Source: Leucoraja erinacea
Lineage: Eukaryota
NCBI RefSeq assembly: GCF_028641065.1
Contig: NC_073406.1
Span: 7,192,001-7,256,000, forward strand
Length of the DNA stretch: 64,000 bases
Direction of reading: 5' to 3'
This document shows, piece after piece, positions 13,616 to 27,151 of the stretch. Made by a program: the position numbers and the translations under genes. Each line of letters begins with the position of its first letter. Position 1 is the first letter of the stretch. The notes beneath the pieces were generated by a model. The model worked only from the letters and a program-made list of their open reading frames with translations. It had not been told where the DNA came from and searched no databases.

Positions 13616-16600
13616 AAACAATTCTCCTCAGCATCAAACACATCAAGAACCACATCTGTGGCATTGAATTCTCCTTTAAATATTTGGCCAACTGCAACTC
13701 AATTAAAGAAGAGCACAATTCTCCCATTCAGTTGCCATTTGAAGGACTCCTGCTCGCTTACTTACTTGTTCCAACCTTAAACTTCATCAATAATCTTGGA
13801 AACTCAAGAGTTCTCATTTAAGGTATTTTTAGTCTACTCACTCACCCAATGTGGATGCCAGTGGCTTGGCCAGCATTTATTACACAACTCAACTTGCCCC
13901 TAAGTCTGTATGCTGTGTCAGAAGCGAACTACTTTGATACAGGTCTGGATTCCTTTATTGGACTGACAAAGAAAGGATGGACAATTTCCTTCACGAAAGG
14001 GCACCAGCAAAGCAGCTAGACACAAATGGAGTAACTCATTAATACGTGACAGGCAACATCTCTGGGTACAAGGAATGGGTGACGTTTTGGGTCGAGACCT
14101 TTCTTCAGACTGCAGCTGCATTTCCTTCCTCCACATCAGCAAAACATATTGTCTTTTACACAATTCAGTGGTTCAATGCATAGCATCATTGACATCAAGG
14201 AAACATAAAAATTTAAATCACTTAAATTATTCACATTTAATTAATATCAATAAACAATAACAGTTTTAAACACATTTGGACAGGTACATGGATAGGAAAG
14301 GTTTAGAGAGATTTAGACTAAGGGGTAAGCCATTTAGAATGGAGTCGAGGAAACACTTTTCTCACAGAGAGTGGTGAGTCTGTGGAATTCTCTGCCTCAG
14401 AGGGCGGTGGGGGCCGATTCTCTGGATACTTTCAAGAGAGAGCTAGATAGGGCTCTTAAAGATAGCGGAGTCAGGGGATATGGGGAGAAGGCAGAAACGG
14501 GGTACTTATTGGGGATGAATCAGCCATGATCACATTGAATGGTGGTGCTGGCTCAAAGGGCCACATGGCCTACTCCTGCATCCATTGTCTATTTAGGCCA
14601 AATGGGAAATGGGACCAGCTTAGATGGGGCATTGTGGTTGGCATGGACAAGTTGGGCCGAAGGGCCTGTTTCCGTGCTGTATGACTCTATGACTGAAGGA
14701 GACCGTTCAGTCCATCGCCTCCTTGCTGGGGAGTTTCCACTTTGACAACAAAGTTGTACGTCATCTGTTCTTTGTAACATTAGACCAAGTTTACAGATTA
14801 CCAGGAACTCCTGACCCTCTCCACCGGATCTATTTTTAATTACGCTAACCCCCCACACCCTGTCACCAGTCTAAATGCTAGTCCCGCAAGTTCCCCTTAG
14901 TGTTAACTAGTGTTGCAGATACTGGTTTACAAAAAAAGACACAAAGTGCTGGAGTAACTCAGCAGGTTGGGCAGCATCTCTAGAGAATATGGAAAGATGA
15001 CATTTCAGTCAGATCCTCCTTCAGACTAACCAGTGCGTTTGTTTTCTGCAGCTGTAGCACTCCATGGTTTAATAATCTTTTAAATTGAAATCTCCAAACA
15101 CCAATTAGCCCCACGCAAGGAGGCAAGATGGTTCTGTCGGATTGTGGACATCAAAGAACATTAACAAAACAGAACATAATGTATCCCTGTTTTTTTGCCA
15201 GTTGCAAGCGCTTCTCCCGTGTACAATCCTGGCTCCGTCATTCCCGGACAAATCTCTCTAGACCACGACAACGTGTGAAGCCAGTTTCTGGCGAATCACC
15301 GCGAGGTTGAGCCACATTTATCCTGCACAGATTCACTTCGCAACTGAGCCGACAAAATGGCCATCGCTAATACAGCAACGCATTATCTTCAGTGCTGCCC
15401 GATATAATTAATCTAATGTGGCTGCGCTGGACTCTGATGTAGCTGAACGTATTGATCAGTAAATTTAAAAGAGTAAAGCACGCTATCTTCAGTCATTTGA
15501 TCTCAATTTGTTGATGCACACGTGACCTAAACATTTTATACATATCTTAGAAAAATAGTGAGACAGAAGAGAGAGTATTAAGACCCAAAAGACATAGGAG
15601 CAGAAATAGGCCATTCAGCCCATCGAGTCTACTCTGCCATTCGATCATAGCTGATCGATTTTAGCCTCGGAACCTATGACATCCATACCAATCAAGAACA
15701 TATCAAACCCCACTTTAAAAATGTCAAATATCTTGACCTCCAGTCACATATTGCAATGAATTCCACACACGCACCACTCTCTGGCTAAAGAAATTCCTCC
15801 TCATCGCCAATCTAAAGTTATGTCTGTTTATTCTAAGGCCGTGCCCTCTGGCTCTAGACTCTCGTATTATTGGAAACATCCTTTCCACATCCACTCCATC
15901 TAGGCCTTTCATTATTCGAGAGGTTTCACTGAGATGATCAAAATGGTTTGACCCTCGTAGGTCTTCTTTGGGGACGCTAGCAACTGCAGACGCTGGAATC
16001 TTGAGCAAAACACAAAGTGATGGAGGAACAGGACGAGTCCCTTCTTCAGGGTGAAATCACTCAGGGCCAGTGGGGAACAAATGCTGACGAGTCAGCGAAT
16101 CATCACCTGGGAATATAGTACGGCACAAAAAAAAACAGAGCAGGCCCTGGGCCCCTTGAAGCCTTTGCCACCATCCACTGACGTAGACACTGATTCTGTC
16201 CTTTGCAACCTAAGCCTCTCCTATCCTTTATGCCCCATATAAATGATTGATCACCTTTCGTAAATGCACAACTATCAACCACAGATTTCTGTGAGGGTGA
16301 ATTCCAAACATCATTAACTCTCCTAAATACAGGAATCCCTCTTCCTTCCAGCCCCCAAAAAACTGGTGTCATATTCTGAAACCCAGCGCTCCAGTTCTAG
16401 ACTCTTCAACCAGAGGAAACAGCCTCAATACCCATCTTGTCCGTTGGTTCAGCATTCCTTGTGCAATAATACTGATGGGAAAAACTGGCGTCAAAAACAT
16501 CTTTGAGGATAACAGGCTACACAACTCACAATGGTATAAAAAAGCAAATTGAATATGCTGGAAATGTGACGTCACTCAGATAACAAGGGCAGAAGGGATG

Positions 16601-17389
16601 CAAGAGTGAACATCGAAGAGTACTACAGCACAGGAACAGGTCCTATAGCCCACAATGTATGTGCCTATCATGTCGCCAAGTTCAACTAATCTCATCTACC
16701 TGCACGTGAACCATATCTCTCCATTCCCTGCCTATCCATGTGCCTATCTAAAAGCCTCTTAAACACCACTATTGTGTCTGCCTCCTGACAGACATTACTG
16801 AAAGGGTGGAGCCTATGGTCAGGACACAATCTTTTATTTTGTACCTCGGTGACTGCCAATCCACCTTACTTACTGACAAATCGTTTGCTATGGCTCTTCA
16901 AGGGAGATGTAAATGCATTTCGGTACACACTGGACAATGACAATTAAAATTTCTGAATCTGAATCTGAATTTTCTTCAATTGCCAGAAATCGTGGCAGGC
17001 AAACCATTTTCCATACACCTGGCACATCCAGCACAATAACAATACAGTGGCAGAGCCATGCAGCACAGCAACAGGCCCTTTGGCCCAACTTGCCGATGCT
17101 GACCGAGATATCCCATCTACACTACTCTCATCTGCCTGTGTTTAGCCCAAACCCCTCTAAACCTTTCCTGTCCATGTAGCTGTCCAAATTGCTTTTAAAT
17201 GTAGTTATAGTACATTTATAGCAACATATATATGTACTCAAGATACCTACTCTAGCAGCCCGTTCCATATACCCACACCCTCTCTGTGGAAAAACTTACC
17301 CCTGAGGTTCCTAGTAAATCTTTCTCCTCTCTCCTTGAACCTATGTCCTCTGTTTCTTGATTCCCCTACTCTGGGTGAAAGACTCCTTA

Positions 17390-17540
17390 AAGGGCCTGTC
17401 CCACTTACGCGATTTTTTTCGGCAACTGCCGACACCCGTCATAGTCGCAAGCAGGTGGCCGAAATATTTCAACATGTTGAAAATCCAGCGGTGACCAGAA
17501 AAAGGTATGACTCTTTGGCCGACTACTCACGACCAAACAG
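17390..17540 (+). mobile_element. One end of a DNA transposon (Harbinger-like AGGGCCTGTCCCACT terminus)
   Basis: TTAA-AGGGCCTGTCCCACTTACGCG start, CpG-rich body; second terminus not found. Confidence 0.4.
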
Positions 17541-20500
17541 GCACCATGTGTCCTATCTATTGCTCTGCAGATAATGAAAATACAAAACAAAACATAAAAT
17601 GCATGGAAAAGCTCGGCAGGTCAGTCGGCATCTGCGGAAAGGGGACCAGTGTTAATAGTCCAGATCTGAGACCCTTTGTCAGAATGTTTCGCTTTCCACA
17701 GATGCTGGCCTGCTGGTTGTTTCCAGGATTTTATGATTTTATTTCAGATTTCCAACATCTGCAGTTGCTTTTTATTTTCAAAATACTAGAGGCAATCAGC
17801 AGTTCAGTCAGCTTCAGGAGTGATAGAAACAGAGTCCGCAAAGCATGACCATTGAGAATGCAGTGATTGAAACCAAGAACAAACAATTGGAACAGCACTG
17901 CTAAACATTTGTAGTAATTTTAAGATGGTTCATTAAAATGATTATTTGGCCAGTCCTACTTTCTCCCTGTGACCGCGTGGGTTTTCGCCAGATGCTTCGG
18001 TTTCCTTCCACATTACAAAGACATGCAGGTTTGTAGGTTAATTGGCTTGGTATAATTGTAAATTGTCCCTAGTGTGTAGGATAGTGCTAAGTGTACAAGG
18101 CGATCGCTGGTGAGCTCGGACTTGGCGGGCAGAAGGGCCAGATGCCACGCTGTATCTCTAAACTAAAACTAAACACTAGTCGCACCTGCCTGCATTTGGC
18201 CCATATCCTTCTAAACCTGTCCTATCTATGTATCTGTTTAAATGTTTCTTAAATGTTGCAACAGTACCTGCCTCAACTACCTCCACTGGCAGCTCGTTCC
18301 ATACACCCACCACACCGTGTGAAAACATTACACTTCAGATTCCTATTAAATTTTCCCCCCTTCACCTTAAATACATGTCCTCTTCCATATTAAGAATCTA
18401 TCTCCCTTGCCTTCAAAATATCCAAAAATTCCTCTTCAATTAACCTTTAAGGAAGAGTGTTGCATGAAATGTCGGGTATAGTCAACCCCAGACCTTTATA
18501 TAGTTCCTAGACCCGCACACATGGAACAACAGCCTCGTCGTATCCACACTGCGCAGGATCTTAGGTTTCCACCAGGAGGAAAAAAACAAAATACTATGCA
18601 CAGTTTTCCAGTTGTAGTCTCATCAATGTCCTCCATGACTGTAGCATCTCCTCCCTCCAATAGTGGACCAAGTCCATTATGTGCTGGACATAAGTTACAT
18701 CGACACATATATATCTATAGAAAATGTAGGCATGGGAACAGATTGTTAAACTCCTCAAACCTTTTTGCTCCATCGAATGAAATAACTGAATTGTGACACA
18801 AATCTATACTCAGACATACAGCATGTACATGTCCTTCAGTGCAACTCAACAATGCTGCCCAAGATGCCCAATTTAAACTAGTCCAATCTGCTCATGTTTG
18901 ACCTACATCCCTTATTTTTGTCCAATTTTACCAACAACCTTAGTTTATAACAGAATACACAAAACTCCAATAAACATAAATTGTCATCATTTCTACAATT
19001 TCACCATTAGTCTCTGATCTATCCCCTTTGATCCAATAAAGTGAATGACCTCTCACTCACTTACAATGAAATCCTTTTGCTGTGAATACCTTTGAAGTGT
19101 AATTCTTACTCTTATCCTACTCACATTGCCATTTACCTTTACGCTGCTGGTAAACTTGTTTAAAATTATTTTTGCAAGCACAACATTTTGCAGGCCGTAG
19201 GGATAAGTGAACAATGCTCATACTTCACAAAGCTCATTAAAATAGCCACTGATGAAAATGAGAGATATCTACCGGTGTAAGACACCTAACTAACATGCAA
19301 AGCCTGCACGAGTAGAAATGAGAACCATTTGGATAAAAAAAAACTAAAGCCAAAACAAAAGAAACCAATTCAGAAGAGTTAACAGTCAAACTGTTTAGCT
19401 TATCATTAGTACCATGTCCATTCCTGATCACACATAGCTCTTAGTGTCAACTGTGGGTCAGTTAATAACACAGTTCTTTTCAAGGGAAAAGATTATGGCT
19501 TCAAGTTCACAGCACAAAAATACAAACTAGCTCTTCAGAGCAGCAGATGCTGACCATTGAGCTCATATCGGTTTCGAACGAGACATTAAAGAAAGTCCAG
19601 AACCTATGAACAGAACAAGTCCCATTACAATAATCTAAGGAGAGGTTACAATGATCCAAAAAACCTCGGATTTATAGGTTAATTGGCATCTGTAAAATTG
19701 TTCCTAGTGTGTAGGGGGGAGTGGATGAGAAAGTGGGCTAACAGAGAACTAGTGTAAATGGGCGATTGATGATCGTTGTGGACTCGGTGGGCAAAAGAGT
19801 CTATTTCCATGCTGAATTTCTCAATGATTCAGAGAAAGCAAGATACTACAGATAATGTGAAATAAAAGCATCATGTTGAAAATCTTCAGCAAGTCAGACA
19901 GCATCTGTAGAGCGAGATAATCTATAATCTGAAGAGCTAATTGATTAGAGGTCATTGACCTAAGGCATTGAGTCTGTTCAAATGAGTTCAAATTGGCTAC
20001 AAAACATTTTAGAACATCCAATAAAAGTGGAAACCAATTACTTTGAAATAGACGTTGAGCTCCCTGGATTTTAAGCAGTTTCTTGCAGATTGGAAAGCCA
20101 CAAATATAATCTTACTTTCCAAAAAGAAGGCAGAAGGATAGCAGAAAACAATAGGCCATTGTTGGTGTCCATTAGAATGAAGTGCGGACAGAACACAAAG
20201 AAAATCTTAATATAATTAAGCAGGGAAACCACTTTTCTACCAGCTGGTTAGTTATAGAGGAACAGATGGATGTAGTTCCTTTAAATTTCCAAAAGATATT
20301 CAGCTGTGTCACACAAAGACATATGATACTGAAAATAATATTATAATGGAATAAAAATTGGTTGACCTGGTATGGAGTCCAGTGTTGTTTATAAGTTTAG
20401 TTTAGAGATTTAAAGTACAAATGGAAGGAAGGTCTTGTTCTATCTGTACTGGGCTTGGGTGTGACCACACCTTAGTATTGGGTAGAGTTTTAGTCTCTCT

Positions 20501-22529
20501 AGTTAAGAAATTAGATGCTTGTATTGGAATCAATCAAGTAAATCTACGTGGGAAGAATGCATAGATTGGCCCTCTAAGGATGAGTGGTGATCTCATCAAA
20601 GTCTGCAAGACTTTGAGAGGTTTTGTCACTTTAGTTGCTGCAAGAACACTTCCTCTCTTGGGAAAATCCAGATCCAGGGAGTAAAGTCTCAACAGAAAGT
20701 GAAGCTCATTTAGGACAGATCCAAGAAGCAATATTTTTTCCCACAGAAACTTGTCCATTCTTGACATTCTTGGCCAGGGTGCTGTGGAGCCAGAATCATT
20801 AAATGTATTCAAGGCTGAGGTAAGTTTAGATTTAGGTTTATTGTTGTCACATATACCGAGGTACACCAAAAAGCTTTGTTTTGCATGTTACCCAATCAAA
20901 TCAGATAATACTATACATAAATACAATCAAGTCAAACTCGTACAATTGGTAGAGCAAAGGGAAAGATACAAAGTGTAGAATATAGTTCTTAGCATTGTAG
21001 CGCATCAGTTCCAAAGCCAAAGTCTAATGTCCACAATGGGGTAGAGGTGAATCGGACAGTACCTAGCTTTTGGAAGGGCTGTTCAGAAGCCTGATAACAG
21101 AGGGGAAGAAGCTGATCTGGTGATGGTGCACGTTTTCAAGCTTCTGTTATCTTCTGCCTGACAATGCCCTGCCTGGGTGGGACAAGTCTTTGATTATGTT
21201 AGTTGATTTTGTGACTGTAGCAGAATCAAGACTTACACTGGACTGCCCAGAACGTGAAGCCAAGGCCAACAATAACATCAGCCATACTCCGAATCATATC
21301 GCCTGCTCCTATGTTCTTGTCTGATTATATGTGCATGCATTTCTGCGCACATGTGTGGGTGTGGAAAGGTTCCTGCATGCAGTCACGCATCGACACACAT
21401 CACTCCTGGCAACTGGTTCTAAATAAAACTGAGGCTTGGGCGAAATATTAACAAGTCATCTCATCACCTTGTGTGGAGGATGGTAGAACAGAAGAAAATA
21501 TAAAAATGACATTTTTAAAAGCATCTGGTACTCCCTAGCGACAGGGTCAAGCGGCATCGGTGATCCCGACCGGGAGAGAACAGCTAAAACAAAAGATTTT
21601 TTTCTGCCTTTTGGATACAAGTAATTGCTACATTCAGTGCCGCTCAACCTAACCTCTGCCACTGACCTATCACAGAGCCGGGCATTACTCTGCGGGCCAA
21701 TGGGGAGGCATGGCTCCAACCACCAGCAGGGTAGGCTGCAGCCTGCTTTGTGACGTCATAATAGGCCTGCTTTGAATAATATTTGTACTTCAAGGGAGAG
21801 GGGGTGAGATGGGCAGCTAATGGGGCAAAACACACCACAAATCTCTCTCTCACTGTAACCCCAAACGCTTAGCCACCCCAGAAATGTTGGCCGCAGAACT
21901 TTTCTTGAAAAGTAAAACTCCTCTCTCAGAACACAATGCAAGAATTTGTAACTAACGGTGCGATATTCCAACATTAAAACATTCTTCCAAAATTATCACC
22001 ACAACTAATATCCTCAGAAATTGTTTCCTCCTTATCCTTTCATTTACCCAGTAAATGCAACAAGTAAAACATCACTAAAATTAAAAGCAGTACTGGGATT
22101 AATAATTTGCATCCTGAGACTAAAAAAAACAATGATGCATGCATGTGTGATCAGACAGGCATGTATCGAGGGTAAAAATTGCAGCAAATGTCAACGCAAT
22201 GTTAATTTATAATTATTGGTGGAGGTGGCGGATTAAAAATAAGATCACAGGTTAGAGCACTATAAAAAACAATACATTTCAATTTAGATATGAATACTGT
22301 TTGCTCCATTGATCAACGTAAGATGGAGCAATTAAAATCAATTAACAAAATAAACAGAGTTTCAGAAAAAATACGAAAACATAACAATTAACATTTTCTG
22401 ACAATGTATTCAGGCCCTGGTAAATATTCCTCTTTTATTTTTGTGAATATAAATTGCGCTGCTTTAAACGGCCACTTTCCGTTTTAAAGATGCGGATCTG
22501 GACATTTTAGCGAGAAAAAAAAACAAAAG

Positions 22530-22800
22530 ATCAGTCTTGCGTATGCATCAGTCGCGTAACTGGCTCCTGTGCCCTGTCTGTCATCGGTCGGTGGCATCGA
22601 GCACAAAGTGCCGGCGGCAGCGGCTTGAGGGAGCGGAGGCCGGCCGGCCGGCACAACACAACTTGCAAATGAGACCGAGGAAAAGCCCCCGAATCTCGGC
22701 TTCCCGCGGCCCGGGCTTCCGCAGACATTCCGGGGCTTGGCCGAACCCTCAACTTGTCCGCATTTGCTCCGGGGCTGGAGTTACTCCCGGATAGCTAATG
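22530..22800. promoter_or_regulatory. CpG-rich island at the start of CHD5 intron 1
   Basis: Visibly high GC and CpG density against a CpG-depleted background. Confidence 0.6.
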
Positions 22801-22929
22801 CTCTTATTTACATCTACAACGTAGAATAGGGGGCTGTTGCCTGGTTATTAGTCTCATCTTCCCCTTTTTTTGAACGCCGCCAACTTGAGCAGAAAAATGA
22901 TTATTAATGAGAACCTCATCAGCACCTAC

Positions 22930-22990
22930 CTGGAGCTCCCTCATCGTTTTCCATCCCGTCCTCCTCATTGCCAAAAGATGCCGGCATCAT
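22930..22990 (-). CDS. CHD5: CHD5 coding exon 1 (MMPASFGNEEDGMENDEGAP, ends phase 1)
   Basis: ATG at 22990/22987 and donor G|GTAGGT. Acidic N-terminus resembles CHD5 (..EEMENEDE..). Phase joins exon 2. Lies between a CpG-rich intron start and a promoter motif cluster. Confidence 0.8.
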
Positions 22991-23061
22991 TGAATGTTAA
23001 GTTATATATATATATATATATGTGCGTGTGTATTTAAAGAGAGAGGAAGGTGTTGGGAAGA

Positions 23062-23082
23062 GGGGGGGGTGGGGGGGGGGGG
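23062..23082 (+). repeat. G-tract (G8TG12) in the probable CHD5 5'UTR, next to a (TA)n run
   Basis: Direct reading of the sequence. Confidence 0.8.
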
Positions 23083-23269
23083 TCACAGAAAATTTACATT
23101 GAAGAAAAAATCCTGAGAAGGATACATATATATTTTTTTAAATGCAAATAAGGAGGCTATTTAACAAAAAAAAACTGAATGAATAAAAGGCAGGAGGGAA
23201 CCCTTATTGGGTTTGTTTAGGGAGGACAGGAACGGATGGAGTGACTATATTGACAGATTTGTCAGGGTG

Positions 23270-23420
23270 AGGTGGAAAAATGGCCGCCACACTCCAACAA
23301 AAAAAATCTCCTCAGCCCCCCGCCTGAAAATAATCCAAAAAAAGACAGAAAGAGGGGAGAGAAAAAATTGGAACGCACATGCCCAGTTGTGACGTCTCGT
23401 CTGGTTGCCCCGGTAACCAT
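23270..23420 (-). promoter_or_regulatory. Putative CHD5 proximal promoter: YY1 site, CRE-like site and RFX X-box
   Basis: AAAATGGCCGCC at 23277-23288, TGACGTC at 23390-23396, GTTGCCCCGGTAAC at 23404-23417; 300-430 bp upstream of the ATG in repeat-free sequence. Confidence 0.55.
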
Positions 23421-25364
23421 GCATCCCATAATTATCCCTAACCTGCTAGTTATGGTAATAGTTAACCAGTTTTTGGTGCTAGTAGTCTGTTTAGAATGTG
23501 TGTGTGGGGGGAGGGAGTGAGTGAAGGAGGGAAAAAAAGTTTTGGTGCCTCTGCACATCACTCATGAAATATTACCCAATTACTTTCACCTTGCCTTTTT
23601 TGAGCACACACATTTCTGATTAAATATATCGAAGGTTTAAATATACAGTCTGTGCTGGGTACTGTAAATATATATATATATATATATTTTTTTTAAACGT
23701 ATCGTGCAAATAACTGAATTCATCTTACTGGAAATAAACTAGGTTGCCAAGTTGCTTTGGCAGATCAGCAAGAGATTTTCTCAGAGAAAATATTGAGAGT
23801 GGAAGGAGTCAAAAGTGCAATAGATATTTCTCTCAGATCATTAGCAAAAGCAATGAATTACATTATTTTTTTACTGCAATTTATCCTTTATTAATTATCA
23901 TTCCTAAAAAATATGTGCCATTTATGACTAACTTTGGCACCTCATTTGTTGCAGAATTAAAAGTCACTTTTGGTACTGCCTTACCAAATTGTGTGATCAA
24001 AATGTTCTACACATTTGGCACATAGAAGGTCGGATTAATGGATAGTGGGATTAAGTTAGAGTATTGCAGGAAAATGCCATTGATACTTGTGGGAATATTA
24101 CACTGCAAAGTCACTCAACCTAACAACCCAACCCTCCTATCACAATAATCTTCCATCCTTTTACTCTCTATGAAAGCATCAAACTACCTTTTGAACCTGC
24201 CAGTGTGTTTTCTCAATAACCTATTCCACAACTCATTTTACCTAAAGCAACTAAATGTTGTGACTGGCTTTTCTTCTTCCTCTCATCCTGCTCATCTTTA
24301 GCTTTTGCCTTTTGATAGTTGATTTCAATGTTACAATTAACGCATTTTTCACAGATCAACCGAGGCAAGCTGCTTATCTGCTTAAGTTCCCAATAAATAA
24401 AGTTAAAACACAGTGAAAGTTTTATTTTCTTCCCTGAAAGGTTTCTAAAAGGTCTCTTTCTTCAATAATGTGTCTCTGGCTGGTACTGAACACCAAGAGA
24501 TTAGTTTAGTTTATTGCCACATGTACAGAGGTACAGTTGCGTGTTAACCAGTCAGCGGAAAGACAATACATGATTACAATCGAGCCATTCACAGTGTACA
24601 GGAACATGATAAAGGGAATAATGTGAATAATGTTTAGTGCAAGATAAAGCCTGTAGAGTGTGATCAAAGATAGTCCGAAGGTCTCCAATAAGGTTGATAG
24701 TAGTTCAGGACTGCTCACTAGTTGTGGTAGGATGATTCAGATGGTATGAAATCTGTAGAAATGATTAAACCGTGCACCAAGTCTCACAGGTAATTCAGGT
24801 TTTAAATTGGCGTGATATAGAACAGCTAGGCTGATTGCAATTTTACAAACTCCGTCATTCACAAAATGTTTCAACAAAAGAAAACATACACCCGAAATCC
24901 GTCAGGAACTGCATAACATTTATTTGTAATGATTTTGTTTTCTATTTGCAGCACCCTACAAAAAGAGTATACATCTGTGAGTGTTTTGTTTGATGGCCTT
25001 CAAGTATCACCGCTTCTCCTGATGGATTTTGCAAAGGACAAAGATTTAGATTTTGAGATTTTTTTTTTTGTTTAGTTAATTTTATTCCTTGGTTACAATG
25101 TGTCTGTTGATAGCATTGTTGAATGTATGGAGGTTCATTGCAGTTGGAAGCAGTTATTGAAGGCCTGTGATTTTATGACATAAACCTTATCCCCAGGCAA
25201 TGCCAGTTCTGTGCATATACTGCTGTGCTCTACCTTTGTTCACACCATGTGAGCTTGGGCTGTCTTCAGTTCCTTTGGCAATTTATTTATTTGGCACGCT
25301 ACTTATGTGTCAGCCAGCTTCTGACAGCAAGCCAATAACTAGAAGAGACCACACTTGGTGAAGG

Positions 25365-25535
25365 GAATCCAGATAGCCATGGGAGTCAGTGGGTTTATAG
25401 TAGATGTCGGTCAGTAGTCTGTCACCTGCGATGGAGATAGTGTGGTCTAGAAACGGTAGAGAGATGTCGGAAATAATCCAGGTGTATTTGAGTGCCGGAT
25501 GGAAGTTAGTGGTGAAATGGATGAAGTCAGTGGGT
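25365..25535 (-). mobile_element. Penelope reverse-transcriptase fragment
   Basis: Translates as TDFIHFTTNFHPALKYTWIISDISLPFLDHTISIAGDRLLTDIYYKPTDSHGYLD, a typical PLE RT C-terminal motif. Confidence 0.8.
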
Positions 25536-25694
25536 TAAGTCAATGGTGAAGAGTTTGTCTTCACCCAACCTTAAAGCGGATGCATTTTCCACAGACTCAA
25601 CCAACTTCCAATACCCACAAGTTTTGAGTATTCCTCCTGCAGTTACCAAAAAAAAATGGTACCAAGGTCACATTGTGGCCACGTTCTGTGTGGA

Positions 25695-25910
25695 AGATAC
25701 ACACAAAAAGCTGGAGTAACTCAGCGGGACAGGCAGCATCTCTGGACAGAAGGAATGGGTGACGTTTCGGTCTGAGAGTCTGAAGAAGGGTCTCGATCCC
25801 CAAAAACGTCACCCTTTCCTTCTCTCCAGTGATGCTGCCAGTCCCGCTGAGTTACTCCAGTTTATTTGTGTCAATCTTCAGATTAAACCAGCATCTGCAA
25901 TTCCTCCTAC
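25695..25910. mobile_element. Penelope pLTR fold-back element
   Basis: Inverted ACACAAAAAGCTGGAGTAACTCAGCGGG arms around a degenerate CTGAAGAAGGGTCTCGA core. Confidence 0.7.
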
Positions 25911-26758
25911 ACATTCTGTGGGTAAGATGTGATTGTATCCCTAAGGTCTGAGCACACCAGGTGTTATCACTTATTATTTCGCTGTGCATTTGATCAGCGC
26001 AATCTATCAAAGGTGTTTTCATGCATTCGCATGTAACTCAAGAACTACCATCCATTTACTATGGGGACAATGTCACGGGAACGTATCCTTGCAACGAGTA
26101 AGGCCATAGGCAGCTGGACGTCAGTTCTTGGACACCTCCTCCGTATTAACTTTGTCTTAAAAAGAGACTGATAAAGGGTGCTTACCTGAAACATCACTGT
26201 CCATTCCCTCCTCAGATGGTGTCTGGGTTACTCAAGCACTCTGCATTTTGCATAAGATTCCAGCTTCTGCAGTCTATTGCGACTGCCCTCCCCCTCCCTC
26301 CTTCAGTGTCCCCTTGGATGTCTGCACTGTTTACATTATGTTATTTTCATCAAAATCTCTTGGCTTCATTTTTGTCTGCAATGTGTCTGGTCATTCTGGC
26401 TGCCTGCCCGTATCTGTACTATTCTCTCATGGTATAATACACTCCAACCTCTGTGTCATCTGCACATTAATAAGTGGTGTTTCTGTACATCCAAGATCAA
26501 GTCATTAACACATTAAGCGAAGCAGCCATTCTAATACCAATGAGAACTCCACTACACACTTCCCTTCAGGGTAAAACACAACCGTTCACTCTATTTCCTG
26601 ACATTTGACTTTTTCAAGCTATCTTACTTCTGCTTCTTTTATTCCATGGGCTTCAATCTTGATGTCAAGCCTACAATGTGCTATTTGTCATATGTCCCAA
26701 AATGGCCCAGAAATTCTTACTTGCAGCAGCACAACAGGTATGTAAACATAGTACTCAG

Positions 26759-27151
26759 CAAAGATCCTATAGCAAGCAAGATAATACCACTCGACAAAAG
26801 TGACGTAGTACGGTCATGGGCAGATTCATGGGTAATTTTCGGCCCCATTTCCGTAACCGGCTTCCGTCTCCGCAACAAAGATCCCATAGCGGAGCAAAGA
26901 TACTAGTGTGGAGACGGAAGCCGGTTACGGAATCCTCGTAAAAATAAGTTATTTGGTAAAAATCTTCTCATTTTCAGAATTATAATTTATTAACACAAGC
27001 TGTTCCCCCGCAACGTTGATTACACTGCGAGTCGGGTCGGGTTACTGAAATGGATGAAAAAAAAGGCACACATACGGCTCCGTTGCGTTCTACACGTCAG
27101 CCCATTGCATTTAGCAGGAGTGGTCTATCTTGCTCCGCTATAGGATCTTTG
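26759..27151. mobile_element. MITE with CAAAG termini and 8-bp TSD (P-element-like)
   Basis: TIRs CAAAGATCCTATAGC(GG/A)AGCAAGATA; TSD GTACTCAG / GTACTTAG; internal third TIR copy between 23-bp inverted repeats. Confidence 0.75.
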
